Origin: Perkinsus chesapeaki ATCC PRA-425
Taxonomy: Eukaryota > Protista > Perkinsozoa
NCBI GenBank assembly: GCA_013115145.1
Contig: JAAPAO010000025.1
Coordinates: 1 to 64,000 of the forward strand
Reading direction: 5' to 3'
Length of the DNA stretch: 64,000 nucleotides
Under the pieces are notes generated by a model. The model was not told the origin of the DNA and did no database searches. It saw nothing but the letters and a program-made list of their open reading frames with translations. Numbering within the stretch: position 1 is the stretch's first letter; each line of letters opens with the position of its first letter. Shown here one piece after another: positions 32,401 through 45,228 of the stretch. Made by a program: the position numbers and the translations under genes.

Positions 32401-33364
32401 AAAAACAACTTGAATTGTCATACCAACTTTTCCACAAATCGTGTCTATCGACAGGGGAGCTGCACGACCAATTTTGCAGATCTCTAGTGTCACTAGAATG
32501 CCGTAAATAACGATCGACATGCGTGTTCAAATTTTGCGTCGAGCGCCAATATTATCATCTCCCTTATACTGAATCGTAGTTCACGAATTTAAGAGAGTCG
32601 ATTCGTGAACTACAATACAACTATAATCGCTAAAAGATAATAAAATTCAATCAAGTCATAAAATACGCAGCCCGACGCAATGAAGTAGAATATTTCGTAT
32701 CCTTCCGAATTCTCCCTCAATAGCAAGCGTTGTGATGTGAATCCTCAAATACGAATATTATCATAAAAACACGACTCGGAATCGATCAACCGTTTCATGA
32801 CTAACTATTGATATCTTGGTTCGCGAAGTTTTCTAGGCGTATTATAAATTATAATAATCATAACTATAAAAGCCACTGCACAGATTATTGCTGTACAATA
32901 TTCTATATTCCTTAGTTTCATCATACCTTCCAATCCTCAAATAATCCCACTGTATGGCAAGCAGCCATACAGCGACAGTCACATCAGGGAGGGAGTCGTA
33001 CAAATTCATCCCTCACGGATGGGAAAGTGTCCCTAATACGAAGATACGCTGTTAGTTTTGGTAGAAAACATGTTCCTAGGAAGCATAAAATGCATGCTTT
33101 TCGGAGCATCCGATGTTCCCCTATGGCTCCCTGAGTCACAGTATAGGTACTAAACCCCATCAGGTGCTATTGGACGTAGAATGGAACAGTCTAAGCCCTA
33201 TCCGATAGCGTTGGGCTATAGAAAACACACATTGAATTTCGGATAGTTTTCAACAACATTCGCCAGATTGTACCGCACACTGAAAAAGCCTGAGAGGCAT
33301 CACTAAAAACACCTTCAAATAAACGGGGAAACGTTTTTTCTCTCAAGAACATGCATTAATAGAA

Positions 33365-35850
33365 TCACAGCTTTCGCAGTCTAGCTCTCCTCTGCCTCTC
33401 AAGCTCGAGGAGCTCGTTCCAGATTTTCTCGTCGAACTCGGTTCGCCCCCGGCTGAGCAGCATCGGACGTAGAAGAGTTATCCAAATGAAGAGGTCTGTC
33501 TGGGAGATGCTGGGATCATCCGTTCGAGCTGAAAAAGTTAAAACCACGTATCCTAGGTCGATGCGTGCACTGGACGCCATCAAAGAACCTAAAATATTTT
33601 TCCTCTGATGTTAGCTCTAGGAATACATTCTCCAGCCGAGCTTCTATTATATCATCATAAAACTGTTTTGCTAAGCCACGCCTACCATTATTTACTCAGT
33701 ATTATTGTAACACCAGTTATCGGACTATTAATTTTTACTCATACCAACTTACGCACACTTTTTGAACACATTTCTGTGACATAGTTTCCATCAAAGACAA
33801 AAAGAAAGCATAGGCTTTCACGGTAAATGAAGCACCAACGCGAATACGATCAAGCGAGATGGGAAAGAAAAGAACCAACCTCTGTGCCATGCATCAGGAA
33901 TGACATCATCTCCAAGTTGACCAGATAAGTCAACCTGTTCCCTCAAAGAGGACACAATCGCAAGATACGCTCTTAACGCTCCCAGAGGATCTGAACCAGA
34001 AATCTTCACTGTGCGCGAAGAAATGCGATCCTTACATGAGCTCTTCTGTGCACATTCGTCAACATCGTCGATAGAAGGTACGAGAGGAAGATGCACAGAG
34101 CAAGGCCCGGATGCGCCGCCTTTAGAGAGAATCTACAAACAAGGAGACTCTTCCGGGTTTTCGGGTTTTGCAGAGTATTCGGGAAAATACAATTGTAAAG
34201 TCGATAAAAGATGCTCCATTAAGCCTCACCGATTCCGAAGTTGATAGTGTAAGACAGTTAACTTCGGTTGGAAACTCAATCCTGGTCGGTCCGAAATCGA
34301 CGCATATCTTTTGGTCGCGAACCTGACCAAGAAAGAATCTTTGCAAGATACTCCATGATTCTACAATAAACAATGTATTATTCAGGATGCGGAATATGGG
34401 CTTACCAAAAGTTGAATCGCCCGTAGGTTATCCACGTTGAAGCGTCCGGGGTTTAATCGGGTTTCATCGAACACGAGATAGGTGCGAGGGGCAATCTGGA
34501 GATCACCGGCGACTGAAAAAGTACAACCGATGCAGAAATACCAAGTACACGTTTGGAGAGGAATTTATTATTAATAATAATAAGTTATTATAAACGTATA
34601 CACTATTCTAATACCGAAACGAATCTCTAAATGAAGCAATATTTTGCGGAAAAATGCAAGTCCCGGGGATCGAACCTCCGACCTCTTCAACCACAGTGTC
34701 GCTCACCCTGTTAAAGCTTCGGCAGAAGGAAAGAGATGAAGAAAAGATGTCGAAGCCTGGTTTTAACTTCTATACCATAACAGCAGAGCCGCTACGGGCC
34801 CTGAAACTAATGCGCGCTTTGGCCGCCCAGTTCAGCGAACATTGCACCACAGATCCCACTGCATCTTTGAGTCCAGCAGTGCTCAAAGTGAGTTTCAAAT
34901 GTTGCAGCCAGGCGTAATAAGTATATATATCGCCGTATACCGGTACAATGTGATAGCTACCATTATATAACAGAATAACCTGGTAAATTGACTAGAACCT
35001 TCACATATGAAAAAGGACTCCTATAGGGACATCAGATTTTCCTACGAGGAACACATTAAAGTTTTTCAACTTATTTTTCACCAAACTTTTTATCATATTT
35101 CTGTATCGGGAATATTTTCTCATCTTCTCAAGGGTAGATGGGCCCCTTCATGCGAACTCACCAAGTTCGTCGGTCTCATAATTTTTCCTCGGGACTAATT
35201 TATCAGAGTTCAGCGCCTCCACGTTAACATCCATTTCTTTCACTCTCGGAAGCAGATCTCCGATGCATCCTAACAATGGACCGCTGCAACCTCGCCTTCC
35301 AATGTGACTCTCACCTGCCAACCCCCTAATGGAACCACCATCGTTGCCTGACAATATGAAACGCCATAATCGATTAAGCGATCGATTATTCCAGCTGACA
35401 TTCACCTTGGGGAAATCCAGATATATTAAGCGGCCAATGTCCAATAACAACGCCGCTGTCGCGGATCGAACCCGGGTCGATTCCTGTCACGTGACGCGAT
35501 ACCATATGTAGCAGGAGATACTCGGCAGCGAGACGGTCACCTTGGAGGGACCTGGAGATTCTATTCCTTTCAGCGGCGCTGCTCGCTCTACCTGCTCAGG
35601 AATCTTATGAGCTCCCCGCGCACTCTTTCAGTGACAAGTTCTTTTTTCATAGATTCGTTTAGAGGCATCTGTAGCATAACATTTGACAGTATAAAGTTTG
35701 TCGTATAATAACACAGATATCATTGATACGGTATCAACTTACCGCTGGGCTCCACTCATTCAATCGTTGGAATGTCAAGACTTGAATGCGACAAGTCGAT
35801 TTCGACGCCGAGGCGCTTGAGAGCTCTGAAGGTTAAAAGCAAACTGTATC
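33365..35850 (-). CDS. MCMBP: Mini-chromosome maintenance complex-binding protein, multi-exon; N-terminal exons probably further upstream (to ~37 kb)
   Basis: Exons SLQGDRLAAEYLLLHM, VVIGHWPLNISGFP, LNSDKLVPRKNYETDEL|VAGDLQIAPRTYLVFDET, DQKICVDFGPTRIEFPTEVNCL, ALRAYL, DDPSISQTDLFIWITLLRPMLLSRG...LELERQRRARL are colinear with remembered MCMBP motifs (GDSLAAEYLILHL, FIPHKDYTANRLVSGLLQL, VIDET). Confidence 0.88.
34650..34700 (-). pseudogene. tRNA 3'-half remnant, sense in the long MCMBP intron
   Basis: GAGGTC-GGAGG-TTCGATC-CCCGG-GACTTGC-A-TTTTT; shares TTCGATCCCCGG...TGCATTT with the 46091 intron. Confidence 0.55.
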
Positions 35851-37499
35851 GACTGTGTAAATTGACGATATGATATACATTACGTAACACGTGACAAGCC
35901 CAGACCAGGGCTCTATGTGAGGTCATGTCAATCTGACAATGTAGCCTTGGTGTGTCATTACGATGCTGATATGTAATTGTGCGCGCCCCTGGGGCGCCGG
36001 CGGCGCCGCGCCGCCCCATCGGCGTCGTGGCCTGATCTAGGCTGGATTACGTTATTATTATTATTCGACGTATAAGCGAGATTCCAGATTCTGCAGTGCG
36101 CCGCATCCCTCGCTAGTAACGCGTGTACAATACACGGTGTACTGGGCCTTTGATGGAACGCCCTTCCCTGGGGCCTTATTTACCCTTTTGCCGTTGCGCG
36201 GGTGCCGTAAGTAAAGCTTAGCTTCACTCGCCATGTGTTCGCGCACCCCCCAGGAAGTTGCGGAGGAACTCTCGAACGGCCCATTGTATTTTGACCTCTC
36301 TAATGGTCTTAGTCATTGTTATCGCTAATTATTATCATCCTCATTTCCTAATGAATGACTCCAATCCTCATGATGTTGCCGAGTTATCAGTATGACAGTT
36401 TCATCCGATCTATAGGGGGCAGGCGCAGATGGCTGAGCTGGTAATTGACAGCTACAAACCGAGCATATTCAGGATGATGATTCACCATTGGGGAAGTTCG
36501 AATAACTAACTAGAGTGTGCCATCCATCGGTGGTCACGCGTGACTTGTGATAGCTCCCGCCCTCGAGAAAGTCCTGCTGCGACATTCGTGCGAAACTTGA
36601 AATCTCGCAATATGAAGTTCACAAGAATCAATTGTTTGCTAAGAATCGTTTCACCGTCAACGCTAAATCATCGTAGCTGTGGAGTTCTCCATAAGTAATC
36701 ATGCAATGCGAAGTGGGGGTGGCGGGTAGTGCAATGCTCCTCTGGATTAGCCCCATTTGAGAGTGACCCGACACCCGCCGTCTGGGACGGACAGGGGTAC
36801 TGCAGAGCTGCCATGTCGGTACAACTTGTAGTATCTTCTCGACGCGTCGCGCGCCGCGCGTGCAAAAAGCGTACGGGAAGGTATCAGAATATCTCCTGAA
36901 TCTTATTGAAGCAATGCAAAAGACTATCTGGAATATCTGGTGTATTTTCGTCCTCAGAGACTCTATCGCTCTAAGGAACACCGGCTATGATGACAAGGGA
37001 TCAGTGTAATAATTCCAACGTATGTGGTATTGGAATTGCTCTGGTCTACTCAGATTACAAGAACCAGCCGCTATACGGCCTACTGGAGAACCATGTAGCT
37101 ACCAACAATAACACTTCAGTGATTCGACTTCGCCACAGATATGTACACCAAACCAGACGGAGACTGTCGGATACTTGAAGACGGAGAGACTGTTGGTTGC
37201 AACTGCCACGGTTGCATTGCGTTTTGCACGGTATGCAAGCCTCCCTGACTTCTAGCTCCCGAGCACATCGAATTCCTTCAGCCGAATATTTGGGGCAATC
37301 ACATGTATTGCTTTTGCACCGACCGTTGTGATCATTTCGCTAACTAAAAGTGCCCGAAAGCTTCGTCAGGAAAAGCTAAACCCTACTGCAACCGTGGAGA
37401 CTGTGTCCTCGGTTGTTTTGTAAGTTTCGAATGTTCAGACTTTCTGTCTTTCATTCCCTCAGGGGTTAAAAAATGCCCTGATGACATGCACTGCACCGA

Positions 37500-40400
37500 T
37501 GATGGTTTCCACGGCTCGACTATGGACTGCTTTTACCATTAACACATCACAGTGGGGGTGGGGCTCATCATTGCTCGTCATTCATCCTTAATGTGAATGG
37601 CGATCCTTTGTTTTGCGTAAGCTGAAGCTTGTAGGTGTGTGTGAGTGATTTGTAATGCAGGTACTTAACATGTCCACTGCTGCTCCGACGTCGCCGTTCG
37701 CTGAATCTAACTTGCTCTCCCCAGCACGCAAGCTCATTTATTGGTTGGCCAAATAGAGCAACTCCCCATTTCTTTTCGAAACAACTCTGGCTGTCTTGGG
37801 TTACCATGAGATCAACGAATGCGGAGTAGCCGCTGCACGTTTGGTAGCATGTTCAATACCGTTAGTGCTCCTGGAACATGTTATTTTACACTGGACTAAA
37901 ATGGACTAAATAGAAGGCTCCTCTATCTATACTTCTTAACCGCCGCTTTATATCCGTCAAACACAGCACTTGTGTGCTGCTTAGTTTTTTATGATGCTTG
38001 GTTCAGTTCCAACAAGGGGGTCATAGAGGAACACCAGATGCAAGGCCGGCGGGAGGAATGCACTTGAGGTTTCCTCACGGAACATTTTGTAGCAAAAATT
38101 TCATTGTATCTCATTGTATCAAAATGTGCTCCTACTTTAGGAGCACATTTTGGTCTCCAAGAAACATAAATAGAAATTAAATCGAATAAAGAATAGGAAT
38201 GATAATAATAAATTGTCAATAATAGCCTGAGCCGTAGCAGCTCGAGCCGCTATATATACCTCAGAGGGATAAAGCGGTTACATTGGTTACATTGAAGGGA
38301 TACTGGAACAACCTTATTTATTCACCAATTTACACGACGCTGTACATCGAGCCGCAACCTATTTTAAGCTTCAAGTTGAATTGAGGCGTTCAATTAAATC
38401 GGCAACTTATCCGATAATCGGTATGTGATTATCGCGGACTTCGCGATATACCACTTCTGGAATAGCACAAATCAATACAACCCAGATCGCATTTCGATAA
38501 TAATCGAAGTGCGCACCATAAAGAATCTTTATCATTCCAATCATTGTTGCATATCTCGACTCACCCTCACTTTCCTCAGCAATCGGCGGCAAACACCCAT
38601 TGGACACTAAATCGTTCACCCCAACGCAATCAAGAATTCCAGTAACTTCAACAACCTGAATGAGCAACCAGAATTAGGGACAACCGAGCGACCGACTTTA
38701 CCTCATGCAATTTTAGGACATCCTTTTCCATCTCCTCCACATCATATACCTTCACAATAGCTTCAATGCTGCTGCACTGGGACCTGTCATGACGTTTAAT
38801 ACGTAGGAGAACCGTCGAGTACGTAGCGCGGTCACATTTGTTGGGCGGCAAGTCGTTAAAAATGCAACGTCTGACTCGTGAATCATAACGATTTGGGTCG
38901 ACTGCGGAGACAGAAAAATCTCGCTCGCCCAAATAATCGAATTGAGTGACAAAACGGTCATGATATTATAAAGTTTACTTCTAACTGTTACCATCGTACT
39001 TCCAAGTTTTATGTTCTAAGCCCTAAAACTAAAAAAGTTATACCAAAAAAACGAATTTGCATAACGGTTTGGTTCGCACTGTACATTCTATCATATACTA
39101 TCATATACCATTACAGTATATCCTATTATACACTATTATTATAAGTTAAATATCCGATATACCTCAATATAAGTCCATTCACTATTAGTATACTTCTTCA
39201 ACTCCCAGCTTCCCCATCTCACCTGCCTCCATCACATGCACCAACCCAGTCGCTCTCCCCCGGAACACTCACACAACGAAATACTTGTCGCTGGAACAGC
39301 AACCTCGACGACGACGACATCAGGTCGACAAAGTTTACCATATCGAAGCCACCTCGCGATGCACATGTATCATGTATCTCATCATCAACCGCTTCGACTT
39401 CCCGGAATCTACCAAAACCACGACGACGTCCAGCAGAAAGAAATTACAGTGAAATGGAGGCCAATAATAAGTATAAAAACAATGGCAGTGAAAACTTCCG
39501 GTCAACCTTCAGACGCAAACTTATAAAATCAGAGCACCGAGGTAACGATATTGACATCTAAAATTCAATATAATATTTATTACACATTATAAATGCCAAA
39601 TGGGGGACTCAGTCGCGATGCATGTATAGATGATTATTTTATACCACAGCAACATGCGCCGAATGGAGAGCACCACTGCATAATGGAGATGATGCTGAGG
39701 AGGAGGAGGAGCCCAAACCATCCGGGGAAGCTTCTCCGAAAATTTGTCAAAGAATCTGTAATCGAATTGAAATTCTGGAATTTCACTGAACCGTGTGATT
39801 TTCATAAATAGTTTTCCCTTCAACGAGTACATTCCAGTTGGCAAAATATTGGGGCGTGTATATAACATACTAATACGATCAAGTTTGCAGCTATTAAGTC
39901 TGCCAAATAATTGAAATGATTCCTCCATTCTTGCCAGTGCGATCAAAAAGTGTCCAGAGCTGTAATGGAGTTAACTAGATTTAGAGCCCAAATTACATTT
40001 ACTATAATCCTCTACTACTGTCGGGTTACTTTACCCCTGCAAATGAGCATACTAGATTCAACCCTAAAGATAAGCGAACGAGTCCCCCTGTTCCCCATCT
40101 CACTTCCCACAGTGCAGCGCTCCATCACTCCCGCTCATCACCGTTTGATATACTTCCGGATTTCGAACCTTGAATGGCGACTTCTATCAATGCTTGAAAG
40201 GATAGGAATGCAGTTCGGCAAGATCCCGGTTAAAGTAGGCTTTACTGTAAAGCGTTTAATAGTGAAAAGCTTTACCATGTGATTCCTCATTATTACTCCA
40301 GCAACATGAGCTCATCTCCGCTTTATATTTCCACTACTGAATGTGGTTTTATATTCGGGTGTCGCGGTGTAACCGCCGCGAGTACTGCACAATATGCACA

Positions 40401-41600
40401 CACATATCTTCCTCTTCATCTTGTCATCTCATTACATTTCCAACGACAGACAGAAATGTGTTATTGTGAAGAAAATATCATTTCATTTCTGACACTAGAA
40501 TTAAGACTAGTACGCCCGAATAAGTTGTATTCGCTGATCTCGGCGGAGGCCTCAGAAAACGACTCGCATCATTTCATATTCAACCCACTCCTCCCCATTT
40601 ACTACATCTTGAACCATGCATCTGAATCTCACAACCTTCCCTAGATCTCCGGACGTCTCATCCCTGGTCATATTATTAATCAATGGCACTTCCCCAGTGG
40701 CGGCTAGGAAAGAATCCACCAACGCTAAGGACCTGTGTAAGCATTAATTCAAATTACGATTCAAGGTCTAATAATAATATTTGATCCGAAAAAGCCAAGT
40801 TAAGGTAGCTCTGGCATTCGGAAGGTCCATGGGACGAATCTCAGACGGAATAAGCAACATTAAAAAATTTATGAAACATCAAAATTATCGATGCTGGTAG
40901 CACGTCCAGTCCAACTTAGTTCCAGGCAACCAGATAATACTATTTATCCTTGTCACAATCATACTACGGTATAGCGGTCCTCTTTTAGACAACTGGAAGG
41001 CTGCTTACCTCTCAACTGTGATGGAGGAGCCGTCACGCAAAGCTTCGTCAAGGGAGGCGAATAGAGTTGATGCCATGAATAATAACAACAACACGCTGTG
41101 AACAAGATATTAATAGTGTATTCAACAGAGGGAGCCAGCATCGAATTATCACACTCCTAGCACTGACTAGGTATATAAACTCAGCCTCAACTTAGCTACT
41201 TACTACTCCTAAATGGCAGTAGTTTAACCTTCATCTTTATCATACTCTTCGCTTACCGAACCGCGCGGCTTTTGAAGGCTAGACACTCTCGACAGCTTCC
41301 GAACGACGTATCTGTCGCCAAAGTATCATGCCTCCTGAAAAGTTGTCCAAGATTTGGGACACCCTGCAGATTCAATGATTACATTCCTCAAACGCTTCAT
41401 TTAGCATATCGATACGAACGCATCAACTTCTTACTCTACAAACCAATCGATAGTAGTTCAGATCCATTTTTCATCATTTTTCCCTGCATTACCCTTACAA
41501 ATGACCTCAGACCACAATTCCCGCGTTCTCTTCTTCGGGCATCAGCCCACAGCTCTCCCACAAGACTCGTATAGTTCACCTCCCGCTCTCTCAACACCCC
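37500..41600 (-). CDS. Unassigned exon-like coding fragments (one or more genes)
   Basis: Protein-like segments ending in GT donors (AIVKVYDVEEMEKDVLKLHE, EIPEFQFDYRFFDKFSEKLPRM, PEVFTAIVFILIIGLHFTVISF); not assembled. Confidence 0.3.
38120..38152. repeat. Perfect 15-bp-stem hairpin preceded by a 10-bp tandem duplication
   Basis: CAAAATGTGCTCCTA-CTT-TAGGAGCACATTTTG; (TCATTGTATC)x2 at 38101-38120. Confidence 0.8.
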
Positions 41601-42181
41601 CAAGCATGCTCAGTGTCCAGCGCGTTTATAATAGCTTTTCAGCAAGTCTATAATTTCCTACGAAAGCTTTAAAGTGTGGCTCAGTATGAGTAATGCTAAG
41701 CATCATATAAAAGCATTATCACTTCACCAACGACTGCAGTAAAACAGTACCTTATGTCCGTGGCCGTTCTTGAGGGATTGCCACATCAAACGATTTATTA
41801 AATGATAAGTATGTCCTTCTTCATTCACTTTCGATGTTAACAATTTCTCTCATCGCCTTCTCCGCCTTGGACCCTAATCGGCAGCATTAATTGATCAGCA
41901 CTTCATCTTTATCGCATATTCGATTTTATGCGAATAATGCCGATCGGCCATCAACATACATTTCCCCTCCCGTGACGTACAATTCTAACGCTCCCTTGAT
42001 CATCGCCTATCGCGTCTATTCGCTCAACAACAGCAACAACTCAACATCACCTTCCAATACGCGAGAAGCGCAATATTTCCTAAATGGCAACATCGCCCCC
42101 CGTGACCGTCGTGAAGCTTATAGAAAAATGATCAGCCATTCGATGATGATAAACGAGGATGCTCCTGTGCAGAGAGATCTT

Positions 42182-42217
42182 GTCGTCGTCGTCGTCGTCG
42201 TTGTTGTTGTTGTTGTT
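42182..42217. repeat. Compound trinucleotide microsatellite (GTC)6(GTT)6
   Basis: Read directly. Confidence 0.9.
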
Positions 42218-42565
42218 GACGGTGATATCCTTCAACTGGCCTCCTATCAGCATCTTTCATATCGAGTGAAGAGCCCCCACGGGCAGCAGCAGCAGCAGTC
42301 GCAACAGGGGATTTGTTGTTGTAATAGTACTTCTGAATGGAGCCATCGGGAGCGATTGAGACATCCATAAAGGGTCATGACAATAATAATAATGATGATG
42401 GAATTTATAACCTCATATATGCACACCAGAAGCTAAGCTAGGTCGCATTTGCAGCAATATAAATATCAAGCCGACCGGGAGGAGGAGGGATTAGTCGGCA
42501 AAAATAATTTGTCGGCAGCAATAACTGATAACACCATCTCGAGGGCACTATTACCATAGGAGAAA

Positions 42566-42598
42566 GACGACGATGATGATGATGATGATGATGATGAT
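42566..42598. repeat. (GAC)2(GAT)9 microsatellite
   Basis: Read directly. Confidence 0.9.
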
Positions 42599-42939
42599 GA
42601 CGAAGACTAGACCATCAAACAAGTAGGGGCAGCAGGGGACTGCTACTACTACTACGTCGTCATCATCATCATGATCGAACAAGTATCAAACCGAGAATCG
42701 TGAGAGCAAGGGCAAGTGTACAGCAATAACAGCAACCATCCCTGAAGGCATTAATAGATCCAAAACATTAATCATTCTTACCGAGTACGAAGCAGCTCGG
42801 GAATGGTGGGTGGTGATAAAGATAATCAGCCGATATCGATTAATACAGCCCATGCGCTGTATCCGACCGTAATGGAGCAGCAGAGTTGATAACATCTAAA
42901 ATGATAGACGACTAAGCAATAAGAGAACAAGTTGTATTA

Positions 42940-45050
42940 CCGCCAGCTCCGGCGGCGGCGGCGAGCAAGCTCAAATCTTGCACGCCCCAGACTTCTAAGG
43001 GGTCCATAGTTCTGAGAGGATTAAACGTCCCAGCCGAGAATCGAACCTGCGCTCCACCAAACTTACAGATACTGTGTCGTTATTGGCAACGCGGTGGTGC
43101 CTCGGCGGCGTCTTTGCAACATATAAAGTGGATGTCCTGAAAATCGATATGAAGAAGACACAAGAAGACATTGTCCTCTTTACGATCTGTTATCTCACAG
43201 CATTCAGTCATCTTAACAACTGTATTATCACGAAATGGTTAAGTTGGTCAATGATTCAGTTTGAACCAAAGAGTCGATTAGTAGACTACAGCCGCAGCAG
43301 CAGCAGCAGTAGGGGGTAGCTTACTTTCCTGATTCAAGTGCTTAATAGTATCCTCTCGACCCTGGATGTGCGCAAAGAATAATTGGCAACTTCTCCGTGC
43401 GGTGTTATAATGCAGCCATTCATGGTTCTGAAACAACCGCCACAATTTGTCTAAAACACCCCGAGTTCGAAAGAAAAGCGCCGAAAACATTATGATATCG
43501 TCGTACTTGAAATAGCCTGGCGAAGATGTAGAGATACTCCGCCGATTTGAGGTTGATGAATGCGTAACCTCTGTTGGCATCTTTGGTGGCATCGGCGGGC
43601 AGATACCTGTTCGGGGAGGAAAGAGTGATGTTTATTAATTATTATCATTACAATAAGTCATAACTGTCGGCCAGTCCGGGAAGCATTGCTATCTCTTGAC
43701 GAAGAAGTTGGAGGGAATACCTTTCAAAAATGAGAGACCTCAGAATCGAACCAACGACCTTCAGCATTGAAGTGCGACAGGATAACCACTACGCTGATAT
43801 GGCGGTGAGGGATTGAAAGGAAATGAGAAGCTCCTATTTCGCTGCTTACTTCCGAGGCACACTTTTTATCATCAACGTCGTCCGATCATCCCCTTGACTA
43901 GCCAACTCATCGAGGTCGATGAGCTGAGGCTTCATGCCGATTGTTAGCGTACGATGGCACCCCGGTGGCGCCACTTTAGCAACCTAAAAAGGAAATAACC
44001 CCCCCCCCCGACAATCAGAAATGAACCCACGCTTTTTTCAACGTGCCGACTGGATCGGGACTCCCCATTAAAGGGTGGCTGCAGCCGCGGAGGCACATGC
44101 GATGATGATGCCGCATAGGCCTCTGAAAGGGTTGGATTAGCCTCAGCGTTGGTTGATTGGCTAGTCCCACCTAAACTGGGTACATGGCCGGCTTGTCTTG
44201 GACCCTCAGCCCGATGATCAGCTACGACGCCCTGATGCAACGGTGATGGACTCCTTAAGACATGCTACAACGTACCCTAGTTCGAATGCTGTCGATTGTT
44301 GCTGTTGTTGCAGACCCTCGTCCAGTAGCTGAGACCAGATGAAGTTATTAATGTATTCATTAGTACGATGATGATTCCTTACCCAGGGAAACCAGCTTAA
44401 GGAAGTTATCAGCAACGTCCTGTGGGCGAATGTCCGACCAGTCCAAGCTGCTACCATCACCATCGCTGAGCGCCTAGCACCATAATTCAGTGAAATCAAT
44501 GTGGCGCCGCCCTACCGTCTCCTCACACTCTCCTCCTTCTTGATGCCCCCCGGGGGGCCCCTCCGTCGGCTCTGATTGCCTTAGAGGGCACAACACGCCG
44601 CTCTCCATGGCATGGTCCGATAATACCAAAGGCGTTGAACGACCTAGTGTATCTCCTGCATTGTAGCCAATGTACTGAGGATTACTGGAAACAGAATATC
44701 TGAGGTTCAAGCGCGCATGATACATAACAGGTGGCTTTGTATGCTACCCTCCATTGTAATGTCTGTCAGAAGTCCCCCTTCCTCGCTGGGAATAAGTCGG
44801 GAAGGAAGCCATAATACAATATTTCAATACCTACGATCTTCTAAAATCTCAGACTCCGCGAACGCCACTCAACTGGCTAAATTCAGCGTGCGCACGCGTG
44901 CAGATTTCTTCGCCCGCGTCATGTCACCGATAACGCCGGTAGGTTGTATGGAAAACCCCAGCAGATGGCAATCATCCGACCGAAGGCTTCGGTCAGTCAC
45001 TGATGCTCGAGACCGACTCGACCACCTTCCGTCAAGTACTTCAAACACAA
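42940..45050 (-). CDS. Mei2-like RRM protein (C-terminal Mei2-type RRM), multi-exon; ends approximate
   Basis: Spliced: DDRTTLMIKSVPRK|YSLQLLRQEIAMLPGLADSYDLL|YLPADATKDANRGYAFINLKS...WLHYNTARRSCQLFFAHIQG, matching Mei2 RTTLMIKNIPNKY...YDFLYLPID...NVGYAFIN...YARIQG. Confidence 0.85.
43012..43066 (-). pseudogene. 55-nt putative intron with a tRNA T-arm remnant
   Basis: GTAAGT-TTGGTGGAGC-GCAGG-TTCGATT-CTCGG-CTGGGAC-G-TTTAATCCTCTCAG. Confidence 0.55.
43731..43803 (-). pseudogene. Full-length (73 nt) degenerate tRNA in Mei2-like intron 43721-43849
   Basis: GCCATAT-CA-GCGT-AGTGGTT-ATCCT-GTCGCA-CTTCAAT-GCTGA-AGGTC-GTTGG-TTCGATT-CTGAG-GTCTCTC-A-TTTTT. A and B boxes recognisable, stems broken. Confidence 0.75.
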
Positions 45051-45145
45051 GTCCGAAAAGAGTTCAGAAAACTTCTGTTGGGATAAAGTTTTACCGCCTC
45101 ACATGGCGACCGCAACAACCCTAGCATTGAAACTAATGTTGAGCA

Positions 45146-45225
45146 CCACCTTACGCCGAATCGAACCCACGACCTAAGGAGAAGAGACAGTGATGCACCT
45201 TATTGCCTTAGACTGCTCAACCCTT
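45146..45225 (-). pseudogene. tRNA-Leu-like remnant immediately after the KH gene stop
   Basis: GAGCAGTCTAAGGC (cf. Leu D-arm GAGCGGTCTAAGGC) ... GTCTCTTC ... GTCGTGGGTTCGATTC; begins at a GTAAGG donor-like site (45227). Confidence 0.55.
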
Positions 45226-45228
45226 ACT

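Noticed and set aside
33365-34373. GST C-terminal-like domain (SISQTDLFIW)
   Set aside because: Neighbouring exons are colinear with MCMBP, which explains the segment.
35455-35500. tRNA T-arm-like GGGTTCGATCC on the minus strand
   Set aside because: Falls within the MCMBP coding exon (VSRHVTGIDPGSIRDSG); likely coincidental.
37568-38932. Protein kinase (AIVKVY, YLHYKSLTH)
   Set aside because: No HRD, DFG or APE motifs found and exons could not be assembled; left unassigned.
41891-42370. 159-aa ORF with poly-Val and poly-Gln
   Set aside because: Driven by trinucleotide microsatellites; no domain signal.
43731-43803. Functional UGA-suppressor or selenocysteine tRNA
   Set aside because: Acceptor and anticodon stems are unpaired and there is no long variable arm.
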